NCBI GenBank assembly: GCA_009787025.1
Contig: WRGT01000071.1
Coordinates: forward strand, 45-64,044
Source: Spirochaetota bacterium
GTDB taxonomy: Bacteria > Spirochaetota > UBA4802 > UBA5550
DNA length: 64,000 bases
Reading direction: 5' to 3'
Shown here one piece after another: positions 9,826-19,160 of this stretch (the first letter of the stretch is position 1; each line of letters opens with the position of its first letter). Below the pieces are notes generated by a model. It searched no databases. It saw nothing but the letters and a program-made list of their open reading frames with translations, and was not told the origin of the DNA. A program made the translations under genes and the position numbers.

Positions 9826-9854
9826 CCAATTATCTTAACCTGAAAATATGTCAA
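9826..9854 (-). promoter_or_regulatory. candidate sigma70-like promoter for the leader and aro operon
   Basis: Minus-strand TTGACA (9854-9849) followed after 14-16 nt by GATAAT/ATAATT/TAATTG. Confidence 0.35.
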
Positions 9855-9915
9855 ATATTTTTTTATTAAAAAAATATTTTTATCTATTTTATGACTTTTA
9901 TTTTTTAAAGGAGAG

Positions 9916-10098
9916 TCAGGCTCCAATCAGTTCTTTATCATTTTCTACGAGGACCTGCATTTCATGAACAATTTCGCTCAGGGCGGCAAGTCTGACAGCC
10001 ATAGACTCCCGCTTTGTTGCAGGCCGTGAAGTTCCCTGTTCTACAGCGTTAACAACATGATTCACTTCTTCTTCAATATTTATTTCATTATAGTTCAT
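9916..10098 (-). CDS. putative antitoxin (BrnA-like position), 60 aa
   Basis: 4-nt overlap with the upstream toxin-like ORF. Small and acidic. Assignment is by context only. Confidence 0.3.
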   Translation of the reverse strand: MNYNEINIEEEVNHVVNAVEQGTSRPATKRESMAVRLAALSEIVHEMQVLVENDKELIGA

Positions 10099-10355
10099 AA
10101 TACATCTCCATCTGATAATAAGTGGTAAAATTGTTTCCGTAGTTTCATAGCATGAATAACAACCAGACGGTTTTGTTCATCATCTTCAATAGCAATTATT
10201 TCCAACGCAATTCCCTTATGATCAAAACCAACCAGCAGACGTTTTGTCGAAGTCTCATCCATTACCAAATCACTCTGGAAATGCAACAAACAAAAAAGAA
10301 TACTCTCTTTTGATATGCCGTGTTTATATGCGCTGTCCAGAATTACAATTTCCAT
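10095..10355 (-). CDS. putative BrnT-like toxin, 86 aa
   Basis: The pattern KHGISKESI ... RLLVGFDHKGIALEIIAI ... VVIHAMKLRK resembles the BrnT family layout. Toxin-first gene order. Confidence 0.35.
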   Translation of the reverse strand: MEIVILDSAYKHGISKESILFCLLHFQSDLVMDETSTKRLLVGFDHKGIALEIIAIEDDEQNRLVVIHAMKLRKQFYHLLSDGDVL

Positions 10356-10443
10356 ATATTAAAATGATAGACCGCCTTTCATTTAGTTTTTTAGCACGCA
10401 TATTGGTTTACGGGCGGCCGCTCTCGGTCGCCCGCAGACACAT

Positions 10444-10878
10444 CTATTTCCTAATAACAAAAATCCATGTGTACTCATTGTAACCTTCGAGTGTTACATC
10501 GCCTTCACAACCGCTTGTCCCTTGCGCTGTAGCGACAAAGTTATATCTACCGGGTTTAACAATTGCGCTGGAGCTCTTACCTGAGTTTACGGTAAAAGAC
10601 TTATTTGTTGGACCTTTAGCTTTTACATTTATAACTCTGTCCGTATCATTCTGAATTACAAGGGTTGCATCCTTATTTGTTGTTTTTTTAACATCAAAGG
10701 GACCATTTGGTCCGCTGCCAAATGACATATTTATTATAGTCTTAGCAATGTCTTTAACATCATTTGCGTTAAAAAACTTTTTCCCAATAGCGTTAGAGCC
10801 CGAAATTGCAGCTACTGCCATTATTGACACTGCACAAATAAATTTTTTCATTAAATCCTCCCTTACTTTATTTAACAC
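10444..10878 (-). CDS. secreted hypothetical protein
   Basis: 144 aa with an N-terminal signal-like segment KKFICAVSIMAVAAISGSNA. Confidence 0.5.
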   Translation of the reverse strand: MLNKVREDLMKKFICAVSIMAVAAISGSNAIGKKFFNANDVKDIAKTIINMSFGSGPNGPFDVKKTTNKDATLVIQNDTDRVINVKAKGPTNKSFTVNSGKSSSAIVKPGRYNFVATAQGTSGCEGDVTLEGYNEYTWIFVIRK

Positions 10879-11128
10879 TAAAATTTGTATAAATATAATA
10901 ATTAACCATACAAAAAAAGTCTATGTAAAGTATTATTAAAATCTTTAAAAACAAAGGAAAACACATACATAAGAAAATGCAAGCTTTTTAAGTTAAAACC
11001 GACTACCAGCATAGAGCAGCAAATAATACTCCAAATTTTATTTATAGTTTGATAAAATAGTTTTATGACCTTTATACTTAATCTGAAATTCAATATAATT
11101 TTAAGATAAAACTTAACAAATTCTTAAA

Positions 11129-11156
11129 TTGACAAAATATATATTAAATCGATAAT
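11129..11156 (+). promoter_or_regulatory. sigma70-like promoter TTGACA-N16-GATAAT
   Basis: TTGACA at 11129-11134 and GATAAT at 11151-11156, 27 nt upstream of the 11183 start. Confidence 0.45.
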
Positions 11157-11182
11157 ATACTAAAGTATATGTTGGAGGAAAT

Positions 11183-11578
11183 ATGCCAAAGAATATTATC
11201 TATTTTCAACAAGGTGAAGATATAATAAAAGCAGGAAAAATTGAACAACGGATGTATATAATCCTTGAAGGGAATGTCTGTGTAATTCTATCAACCAGAA
11301 CAGAAAATATAACCGTTGCAACAATGGGGAAAGGGGATTTTTTTGGAGAAATATCTCTCTTCACCGAACAGCCACGGAGCGCCACAGTCCGGGCTGTGGG
11401 AAATGTAAAACTTGCATTTATTGATAATATTGACCAACTTAAAGCCTTTCTTGTTGTGAATCCCCACTTTGCCGCAAAAATGGTACAAGCCTTAGCGCAG
11501 AGATTAGCAAATACCAATGGAATACTCGTTGGAAAGGTAAGTGAAATAAACAGAATTAAACAAACAAAGGCAATTTAG
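11183..11578 (+). CDS. stand-alone cyclic-nucleotide-binding domain protein
   Basis: CAP_ED signature GDFFGEISLFTEQPRSATVRA. 131 aa with no output domain. 8 nt upstream of polA. Confidence 0.8.
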   Translation: MPKNIIYFQQGEDIIKAGKIEQRMYIILEGNVCVILSTRTENITVATMGKGDFFGEISLFTEQPRSATVRAVGNVKLAFIDNIDQLKAFLVVNPHFAAKMVQALAQRLANTNGILVGKVSEINRIKQTKAI

Positions 11579-11586
11579 ATAGTACT

Positions 11587-14298
11587 ATGAAAAAAAAATT
11601 ATTTATCCTTGACGGTCATGCTCTGTGCTACAGAGCATATTATGCATTCATAAAAAGTCCGCTTACAAATTCACAGGGTCAAAATACATCGGCAATATTC
11701 GGTTTTGCAAAGATGCTCATCAAACTTATAAGCGAACAATCTCCAGATTATTTAGCAGTTGCCTTTGATCCTCCTCAAAAATCATTTAGATTTAAACTCT
11801 ATGAAGAGTATAAAGCTAACAGACAAAAGATGCCCGACGACATGAGAAGTCAAATCGGCGAAATAAAGAACATGGTCAAAACACTCGGTATTGCCATGCT
11901 TGAACATCCCGATTATGAGGCAGATGATATACTCGGTACGATAGCGGAAAAATTCTCATCAAGTGAACTTGAAATATATATTGTAACAGGCGATAAGGAT
12001 GCTTACCAGCTTGTTAATGATAATGTTCTAATCTATGCCAATACTAAAGGTATATCTGAGTATGAGATATATGATAAGAACGGAATTTTTGAAAAAAAAG
12101 GTATAACGCCCGAACAGGTAATTGACTATATGGCGCTGACGGGCGATCAATCGGATAATGTTCCCGGCGTAAAGGGTATCGGCGAAAAGACCGCTTTAAA
12201 GCTCATAACGGAATTTGGATCATTGGAAAAAATTTACGATAATGTCGATTCAATAAAAGGTAAAACCGGCGAGATTCTAAAAACTCATAAAGACATGGCA
12301 TTCCTAAGCAGAGAGCTTGTTACAATTAAGAGAGATGTCCCGCTTGAAATTATTCTAAAGGATATGTCCTTTCACGAAATAAATCCTAAGACGGCAGCAG
12401 AATACTTTAATGATATTGAGATGGCATCTATAGCGAAAGATTTCATAAAAAACGATGAACAAATAATACATGAAAAAGAAATAATACCGGACAATGAAAA
12501 AAATTATAAAATCATTAAAGATGAAAAAGATTTAACAAAAATGATAAATGAAATCAAACAAGCCGGATTAGTTTCACTTGACACTGAAACGGATTCGCTG
12601 CATCCGGTTGAGGCAAATCTTATCGGCATGTCATTTTCCATTGAGGCAAACAGCGGCTGGTTTCTCCCTCTGCAAAACAGAGGACTTTTTAGCGGAGATT
12701 ATTTGGATCCTTCAATTTCATTACCGCTGATAAAACCTGTTATTGAAGATGATAAAATAAAAAAAATAGGTCAAAATCTCAAATTTGATCTGTTAGTGCT
12801 TAAAGGGTCGGGTATTGAACTACGCGGCATATACTTTGACACAATGATTGCCTCATACCTTCTAAATCCGTCTGAAAGAAGGCATAATATGGACGACCTC
12901 GCAGCCCAATATCTTAATTATAAAACAATATCTTTTAAAGAGTTAGTCGGCGCAGGTAAAAACGCAGTACCGATTACCGAGGTTCCTCTTGAAAAATTAG
13001 CAGAGTATGCAATTGAAGATGCGGATATAACATTCAGATTGTATAAACTCTTTAAATCAAAGCTTGATGAGGAAAACCTTACTAATCTCTTTGAAACTAT
13101 TGAGATGCCGCTCCTCCCGGTATTGGCTGATATGGAGTACACAGGCGTAAAAATTAACACTTCAAATTTTGAAAAGATGAAAGAAACTATTACGGAAAAA
13201 ATTCAAGATGTAGAAAAAAAAATATACTCGCAGGCAGGACAAGAATTTAATATTAATTCAACAAAAGAACTGTCTGCAATACTGTTTGATAAGTTAAAGC
13301 TTAAAACCGCAAAAAAAACAAAAACCGGTTTTTCAACTGATATTCAAGTATTAGAGGCCTTAAAAGGGAGCCATGAAATAATAGATTCCCTTATAGCATA
13401 CAGAACACTGAGTAAATTACACAACACATATATTGATTCACTGCCTAAACTTATCAGCAGAAAAACAGGAAGAATCCACACGTCCTATAATCAAACAGTT
13501 ACTGCTACGGGGAGACTCTCATCATCGGATCCCAATTTACAGAATATTCCCATAAGGGATGAATTTGGAGGTCAGATAAGGAAGGGGTTTGTTCCCGAAA
13601 AGGATTACTTATTGATGTCTGCAGATTATTCCCAGATTGAACTCCGGCTTGCAGCTCACTACTCCGATGACAAGAACATGAAATCCGCTTTTAAAGATAA
13701 GATCGATATTCATAACATGACAGCGTCTTCCGCATTCGGCGCTTCAATTGATGCAATAACGCCTGACATGAGACGTCAGGCAAAGATTATTAATTTTGCA
13801 ACAATCTACGGCGTTTCGCCTTACGGTCTTTCTCAACAGGCTGAAATTACAGTCAAGGAGGCGGCAGAGTTTATAAAGAGATATTTTGAAACTTATCCCG
13901 GCTTTAAATCATATATAGAAACAACAATCGATTTTGCAAAAAAACACGGCTACGTACAAACGCTTATGGGAAGAAAGAGACCCGTACCTGAAATAAACTC
14001 AACCACATCTTTTAGAAGAGAGGGAGCGGAGCGTATTGCAATAAATACTCCCATACAGGGAACATCTGCCGACATGATAAAAATTGCAATGATAAAAATT
14101 GCCGATGAAATAAAAAAGAAAAAACTTAAGTCGCGTATGATAATGCAGGTTCACGATGAACTTGTATTTGAAGTGCACGAAGACGAAATTGAGATCATGA
14201 AAGCAACAGTCAAAGATATTATGGAGAATGCGCTGAAACTGAATGTACCCATAGTTGTTGACATTGGTATCGGCAAAAGCTGGAATGAAGCCCATTGA
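11587..14298 (+). CDS. polA: DNA polymerase I
   Basis: 903 aa. Has a 5'-nuclease N-terminus, the exo motif LDTETDSL, and the polymerase motifs ADYSQIELR, RRQAKIINFATIYG and QVHDELVFE. Confidence 0.97.
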   Translation: MKKKLFILDGHALCYRAYYAFIKSPLTNSQGQNTSAIFGFAKMLIKLISEQSPDYLAVAFDPPQKSFRFKLYEEYKANRQKMPDDMRSQIGEIKNMVKTLGIAMLEHPDYEADDILGTIAEKFSSSELEIYIVTGDKDAYQLVNDNVLIYANTKGISEYEIYDKNGIFEKKGITPEQVIDYMALTGDQSDNVPGVKGIGEKTALKLITEFGSLEKIYDNVDSIKGKTGEILKTHKDMAFLSRELVTIKRDVPLEIILKDMSFHEINPKTAAEYFNDIEMASIAKDFIKNDEQIIHEKEIIPDNEKNYKIIKDEKDLTKMINEIKQAGLVSLDTETDSLHPVEANLIGMSFSIEANSGWFLPLQNRGLFSGDYLDPSISLPLIKPVIEDDKIKKIGQNLKFDLLVLKGSGIELRGIYFDTMIASYLLNPSERRHNMDDLAAQYLNYKTISFKELVGAGKNAVPITEVPLEKLAEYAIEDADITFRLYKLFKSKLDEENLTNLFETIEMPLLPVLADMEYTGVKINTSNFEKMKETITEKIQDVEKKIYSQAGQEFNINSTKELSAILFDKLKLKTAKKTKTGFSTDIQVLEALKGSHEIIDSLIAYRTLSKLHNTYIDSLPKLISRKTGRIHTSYNQTVTATGRLSSSDPNLQNIPIRDEFGGQIRKGFVPEKDYLLMSADYSQIELRLAAHYSDDKNMKSAFKDKIDIHNMTASSAFGASIDAITPDMRRQAKIINFATIYGVSPYGLSQQAEITVKEAAEFIKRYFETYPGFKSYIETTIDFAKKHGYVQTLMGRKRPVPEINSTTSFRREGAERIAINTPIQGTSADMIKIAMIKIADEIKKKKLKSRMIMQVHDELVFEVHEDEIEIMKATVKDIMENALKLNVPIVVDIGIGKSWNEAH

Positions 14299-14299
14299 T

Positions 14300-15031
14300 C
14301 TACTTCTTCCACGCATATATAACAACACTCTTTGGGAAAAAATAATTAAAAAAGAGCTCAACCTTTCTCATAAATTTTGAGAAGAGACCAAGAGTAAGAA
14401 ATTCATGATATGCTTTTGTTAACGGATGGTTTGCATTATGCAGTCCGACCACGCTCCTTATAATCCACCAGACAGTATGGAAAGAATGTTTAAATCCCAC
14501 AGCATAGACTTCAAGACCGTTTTTCCTCATCATATGAGCAAGCTCCGATGGAAAATATTTCCTGACATGACCGCCCGGCGATGTAAAATATTCGTGTGTA
14601 AGAATATCGTAAATCATCTCGCTGAAAAAAGTAGGAACAGTTATGGCAATTCTCCCGTTCTTTTTTAAAACTCTTGCAAGCTCCGAGCAAGCCTTAAAAT
14701 CATCATCAACATGCTCCATTACCTCTGCGCATATTATTTTATCAAAGGTCTCATCCTTAAACGGCAGATTGAGCGCGTCGCCCACATGCGTAATGAAACC
14801 TGAATTTGCCGGGGCTCTGCCTTGCAGCTTCATATCCGCTAATGTATATCTTGTTTTTAAGAGAGAATCCAAATCCAGATCCATACAGAAAACAGACGCA
14901 CCCCTGCGCATAAACTCAATGGAATGGCGCCCGAGCCCGCACCCTGCATCAAGAACAATATCCCCTTCTTTAACAGTCAGTCGGTCAAAGTCCACTGTAA
15001 GCATCAATAACCTCTTTGTATGTTTCAACAA
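14300..15031 (-). CDS. class I SAM-dependent methyltransferase
   Basis: Motif I VLDAGCGLGRHS. Last gene of the GT operon. Confidence 0.8.
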   Translation of the reverse strand: MLKHTKRLLMLTVDFDRLTVKEGDIVLDAGCGLGRHSIEFMRRGASVFCMDLDLDSLLKTRYTLADMKLQGRAPANSGFITHVGDALNLPFKDETFDKIICAEVMEHVDDDFKACSELARVLKKNGRIAITVPTFFSEMIYDILTHEYFTSPGGHVRKYFPSELAHMMRKNGLEVYAVGFKHSFHTVWWIIRSVVGLHNANHPLTKAYHEFLTLGLFSKFMRKVELFFNYFFPKSVVIYAWKK

Positions 15032-16229
15032 TACTCAGCGCCGCATTTCTCCATGTAAATACCTCTATAATTCTTTTACGCGCAGCTCTTCCCATTTTTT
15101 CTCTTATATGAGGATTATCTATGAAGAAATCAATCGCCTCTGCAATTGAATAAGAATCCCTTGACTTAACAATATAACCTGTTTCTAAATGTTTGCCGAC
15201 AACCTCAGGGAGAGCTCCCCCATCGGAAGAAATGAGCGGTAATCCGCATGCCATAGCCTCAGCAGCAGGAAATCCGAATCCTTCATAAAGTGACGGCGAC
15301 ACTGCAATCTGATGCTGCGAGTAAAGCTCTATCAGTTTTTCATCGGAGATTTTTCCTGTAAAGTACACCCTGTCGTTAAGATTAAAGTTATCAATCCACT
15401 TAGTAACATATTTCCTGTTGGGCGAACCTCCGTCAACTACCGTTAAGGAAACTCTGTTCTTAGTCAGAGTCAAAGCTTTCAATAGATAAATTACGCCCTT
15501 TTTTCTATCCTCAACATTTCCGACAAAGAGAATACTGTTCTCTTTTTTTCTCATACCGGATATAGGTCTAAATATCCCGCTGTCCAAACCGTTATACACA
15601 ACACTCATCTTCTCAGGCTTAACGCCAAAAGCCTTTACTATCTCATTAGCCGCGTCGTGAGAGACAGTCATTATATGATCCATTCTCCTTGCAATATATC
15701 CCTGCATAATAAGCGGATAATACAAAACGCGTTTAATCTTAAGTGAAAAATCAGACGGATATTCAAACCACGTTGTCCTGTCTATTGACAGAGGGTGATG
15801 TATTGTTGAGATAAACGGAATACCAAAGTTTTTAATAAGCAGAAATCCGTATCCAAGGCTCTGATTGTCATGTATAATATCAAATTTATGAGTTTTAAGA
15901 AGTTCCTTTAACTTGTAAAATGCCCTGAATGAAAAAGTTTCAATCTCAGGGAATACGCCGAATTTTGATGCAACAAATTCATAAAAATTTAAAGGCTTTA
16001 ATGCAGCAAAAGGTTTATGAGGCTTTATATAATTTTTTTTATTATTAAAATAGTTATGATTGCTGACATAGTGAACATGAACTCCATCCATTGGAGGAAA
16101 ATAGGGCGGTCCCTGTATTACATGAACTTCATGTCCTAATTTAGCCAGCTCCCCAGCAATGTGCATTGTGTAGATGCCTTGACCTCCGCAGTAGGGATTG
16201 CCTCTATATGTAAGGAGACAGATTTTCAT
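14985..16229 (-). CDS. GT4-family glycosyltransferase (paralog 2)
   Basis: GT-B/GT4 C-terminal EGFGFPAAEAMACGLP motif. The N-terminus MKICLLTYRGNPYCGGQGIY is paralogous to the upstream gene. Confidence 0.8.
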   Translation of the reverse strand: MKICLLTYRGNPYCGGQGIYTMHIAGELAKLGHEVHVIQGPPYFPPMDGVHVHYVSNHNYFNNKKNYIKPHKPFAALKPLNFYEFVASKFGVFPEIETFSFRAFYKLKELLKTHKFDIIHDNQSLGYGFLLIKNFGIPFISTIHHPLSIDRTTWFEYPSDFSLKIKRVLYYPLIMQGYIARRMDHIMTVSHDAANEIVKAFGVKPEKMSVVYNGLDSGIFRPISGMRKKENSILFVGNVEDRKKGVIYLLKALTLTKNRVSLTVVDGGSPNRKYVTKWIDNFNLNDRVYFTGKISDEKLIELYSQHQIAVSPSLYEGFGFPAAEAMACGLPLISSDGGALPEVVGKHLETGYIVKSRDSYSIAEAIDFFIDNPHIREKMGRAARKRIIEVFTWRNAALSIVETYKEVIDAYSGL

Positions 16230-17467
16230 CTTTTACTCCTGTATTCCTTAATGACTCTTTTATACACTTCCAGTGTATTCTTTGCAGCAACGGACCATGA
16301 AAAATTTTCTACTGCGCGTTTTCTCCCGTTTTTGCCCATCTGCTCCCTTAGCTTTTTGTTCTTTAAAAGCTTCATAATCCCGTCTTTCAGGGCTAAAGGA
16401 TTTTGAGGTTCAACAAGTACGCCGCAGTCTGGAGTTACAACCTCCTTGAGCGAACCTGCAGTAGTAACAACAACCGGAGTCTTGCACGACATTGCCTCAA
16501 CAGCGGGCAGTCCAAATCCTTCAAAGAGAGACGACATAACAAGTATGGTCTTTCTGCTGTAAATACTTACAAGTTCCTTAGCGCTGAGTTTTCCCGTAAA
16601 CTTTACCCTGTGCTCAATATTAAATTTTTTTATAAGTTCCCATGCAGTCATCTTCTTAGGCGGACCGTCATCTACTATTGTAAGTGTTACGTGTTCTGGG
16701 AGGAGAGTCATAGCCTCAAAGAGATATACCAGTCCCTTCTTGGTATCCTCGGTATTGCCGACAAATAGAAGCGCATTATCCTCTCTTGCCTCGCCTGTGT
16801 TCTGAAACAGATCAACATCCATTCCGTTATATACAACAGAGACCTTCTCTTTTTTTACCCTAAAGGCTTTGCCGAGTTCATCAATCCCTTCTTTAAATGA
16901 CGTGATAACCCTGTTGATTCTTCTTATTACAAATCCCTGCATAACAAGCGGATAAAAGAGTATGGTTGTTGTCTTATCCCACAAACCCCAATTGCGTTGA
17001 AGGTCGGCTTCTCTGTCTTTAGTAAGGGGATGATGTACGGTTGTAATAATCGGTATGCCAAAGCCTTTCATAGGTATAGTAGCCCAGCCAAGCGATTGAA
17101 TATCATGAATAAGGTCATATCTTTTATGCTTTAAAATTTTTTCCAAAGCAAAAAATGCCCTAAAACTAAAGGTTTCCATTTCTGGAAATATATGAAGTCT
17201 GGTAAGTATATAGTCGGCAAAGTTCCAAAGAGAAAATATTCTTGTAAGCTTATTATACGGAATATCCTTAGTCTTTATAGACCAGATATTTAAATTTTCA
17301 ATTTTATATACTTCAGCCCATTCTTCAAGAGGATCAGGATATGGAGGTCCTACCATAACGTCAACAGTAACTCCAAGCTTTACAAGCTCTTTGGAGAGAT
17401 TATAAATATATATCCCCTGACCACCGGAATATGGGTTGCCCCTGTAACCAAGAAGTAAAACTCTCAT
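16226..17467 (-). CDS. GT4-family glycosyltransferase (paralog 1)
   Basis: EGFGLPAVEAMSCKTP motif. N-terminus MRVLLLGYRGNPYSGGQGIY. Confidence 0.8.
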   Translation of the reverse strand: MRVLLLGYRGNPYSGGQGIYIYNLSKELVKLGVTVDVMVGPPYPDPLEEWAEVYKIENLNIWSIKTKDIPYNKLTRIFSLWNFADYILTRLHIFPEMETFSFRAFFALEKILKHKRYDLIHDIQSLGWATIPMKGFGIPIITTVHHPLTKDREADLQRNWGLWDKTTTILFYPLVMQGFVIRRINRVITSFKEGIDELGKAFRVKKEKVSVVYNGMDVDLFQNTGEAREDNALLFVGNTEDTKKGLVYLFEAMTLLPEHVTLTIVDDGPPKKMTAWELIKKFNIEHRVKFTGKLSAKELVSIYSRKTILVMSSLFEGFGLPAVEAMSCKTPVVVTTAGSLKEVVTPDCGVLVEPQNPLALKDGIMKLLKNKKLREQMGKNGRKRAVENFSWSVAAKNTLEVYKRVIKEYRSKR

Positions 17468-17478
17468 TATATCTTTAC

Positions 17479-17958
17479 TTACTGCTTTTTATTTGTTATC
17501 AAAGTTGATCTGGTTGTAATAATTGCCATGCCAACCCAAAAAATTGCTCCAAGGATAACAAAAGAAATAACAAGCGCAGGAATAGCAAGAGCCCAAAAAT
17601 TTCTTATATAGACTCCATAGATCATTAAGACCATCAAAGAAACAGTAATAAGGCACAATAATACAGCCTTAATCTTTGAATTATCTTTTTTTTCAACAAT
17701 CTCAGGCATAGGAGGTACCACCTTTATAGTCAATATTACCCATCCTATCCAGAAACCCGTACTTAGCACAAATAATGTTACAATTGTAATTGGTATTGCT
17801 GCCGAATAGAATGTCATAGCATTAAGCTCGCTTAGATTAACACTATTAAAATTTGTAAAATCGTGATAGTTAATAATCAAAATTGAAAATATACACACCC
17901 CAAAAATTGAGGCGGAAATAAGCACTGAGAGAAAACCCCAGATTTTTGCTCTAGGCAT
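17479..17958 (-). CDS. small polytopic membrane protein
   Basis: 159 aa with 4-5 hydrophobic spans. First gene of the GT operon. Confidence 0.55.
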   Translation of the reverse strand: MPRAKIWGFLSVLISASIFGVCIFSILIINYHDFTNFNSVNLSELNAMTFYSAAIPITIVTLFVLSTGFWIGWVILTIKVVPPMPEIVEKKDNSKIKAVLLCLITVSLMVLMIYGVYIRNFWALAIPALVISFVILGAIFWVGMAIITTRSTLITNKKQ

Positions 17959-18141
17959 AATGTTGCACCATAGATAATAATTTTAACGACTTTGACAGGC
18001 TAAATTTAGAAATATGAATGTGTCAACTTTATTATGATTAAACGTCTATTAAAAAAATATTGATTGACAAATAATATAAAAGAATTTAATTTAATCAGTT
18101 TTTGAAATTAATTAAATAGATAATATGATATAGAAAAACTA

Positions 18142-18486
18142 ATGCGATTAAAAATAATAACAACTATAGAAGATGAATATATCTTATTTAAGATTAAAAG
18201 TATAATTTCAGTTGAAAACATAACTTCATTAGAAAATATCATCTATAAATTTATAGATGAAAAAAAATATATACTTTTCGATCTTTCCGAAACAACTTTT
18301 ATAGACAGCTCATCACTTGGCATATTAGTAATATTAAACATGAAATTAGAAGAAAATAAAAAACAACTTTTATTCGTAAATATCAACAATGATATAAGAA
18401 GGATATTCAAATCTACAGGTCTTGATAAACATCTCCATATCTTTGATGATATTACATCTGCAATTAATAGCTTTAGCTTAAATTAA
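18142..18486 (+). CDS. STAS-domain anti-sigma-factor antagonist (SpoIIAA-like)
   Basis: LFDLSETTFIDSSSLGILV motif with the conserved Ser. 114 aa. Confidence 0.8.
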   Translation: MRLKIITTIEDEYILFKIKSIISVENITSLENIIYKFIDEKKYILFDLSETTFIDSSSLGILVILNMKLEENKKQLLFVNINNDIRRIFKSTGLDKHLHIFDDITSAINSFSLN

Positions 18487-18494
18487 TAATGTTC

Positions 18495-18640
18495 AGGATA
18501 GTGTTGATAAACTAATTTGCGCTGTCAGACTGCAAAAAGCTCTAATAAATAATATAAAAGATAGCGTTGATAAACTAATTTGTGCCGTCAGGCGCAAAAA
18601 ATTTAAACAAATAATATAAAAAGGTAGTGTTAATGAAAAT
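18495..18640. repeat. 63-bp tandem repeat, 2.3 copies
   Basis: Copies start at 18495, 18558 and 18621. Each full copy holds a hairpin (for example TTTGTGCC-GTCA-GGCGCAAA). The third, partial copy contains the pth RBS and ATG. Confidence 0.85.
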
Positions 18641-19160
18641 TCTCTCCTTTCTTGGAAATCCCGGTTTAAAGTATAACCGAACAAGACATAATATCGGATT
18701 TTTAGCCGGAAAGAGATTTGCAGAGATAAATAATATTAAAATTAATAAAAAATCTTTCCTCTCGGAAACCGGTCTTGGCAAGGTAGATGATATTGATCTG
18801 CTGCTTCTCTTCCCTCAAACTTATATGAACGAGAGCGGCAAAGCCGTAAAAAAAGCAATGGACTACTATGGAGAGAAACATACAAACCTTATTGTAGTGC
18901 ACGACGAACTTGAGCTTAAATTCGGCGAGGTAAAAGAAAAATTCGGCGGCGGACATAAGGGTCACAATGGACTCCGTTCAATAATTGCAGAAACAGGGAG
19001 CGCCGACTTTTACCGCATACGCTTTGGCATTGGCAGACCTGAAAATGAATCTATGTCTGTTTCAGACCATGTACTCTCTAAATTTACAGACGAGGAGATG
19101 ATTGAAATTGAAAATTTAATGCCGGGAGTGACTGAGATTATTTGCAGCCTGATTAAGTAG
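18633..19160 (+). CDS. pth: peptidyl-tRNA hydrolase
   Basis: LGNPGLKYNRTRHNIGF signature. Start set at ATG 18633 (MKILSFLGNPG). Confidence 0.93.
   Translation: MKILSFLGNPGLKYNRTRHNIGFLAGKRFAEINNIKINKKSFLSETGLGKVDDIDLLLLFPQTYMNESGKAVKKAMDYYGEKHTNLIVVHDELELKFGEVKEKFGGGHKGHNGLRSIIAETGSADFYRIRFGIGRPENESMSVSDHVLSKFTDEEMIEIENLMPGVTEIICSLIK

Noticed and set aside
9553-9915. T-box or other riboswitch as the regulator of the aro operon leader.
   Set aside because: I could find no T-box consensus (AANNNGGGTGGNACCNCG-like), specifier-loop architecture or long conserved multi-stem leader. The short F/Y-rich ORF plus the terminator/antiterminator pairing explains the region better.
10356-10443. GC-rich imperfect hairpin CGGGCGGCCGCTCTCGGTCGCCCG downstream of the secreted-protein gene as a terminator.
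   Set aside because: The stem has mismatches and no U/T run follows on the relevant strand. It resembles the other REP-like GC hairpins (for example 20608-20625) rather than an intrinsic terminator.
18493-18781. Track ORFs 18493-18684 (-) and 18575-18781 (-) between the STAS gene and pth.
   Set aside because: The internal peptide duplication (LTAQISLSTLS twice) merely reflects the 63-bp tandem DNA repeat. The second ORF is antisense to pth.
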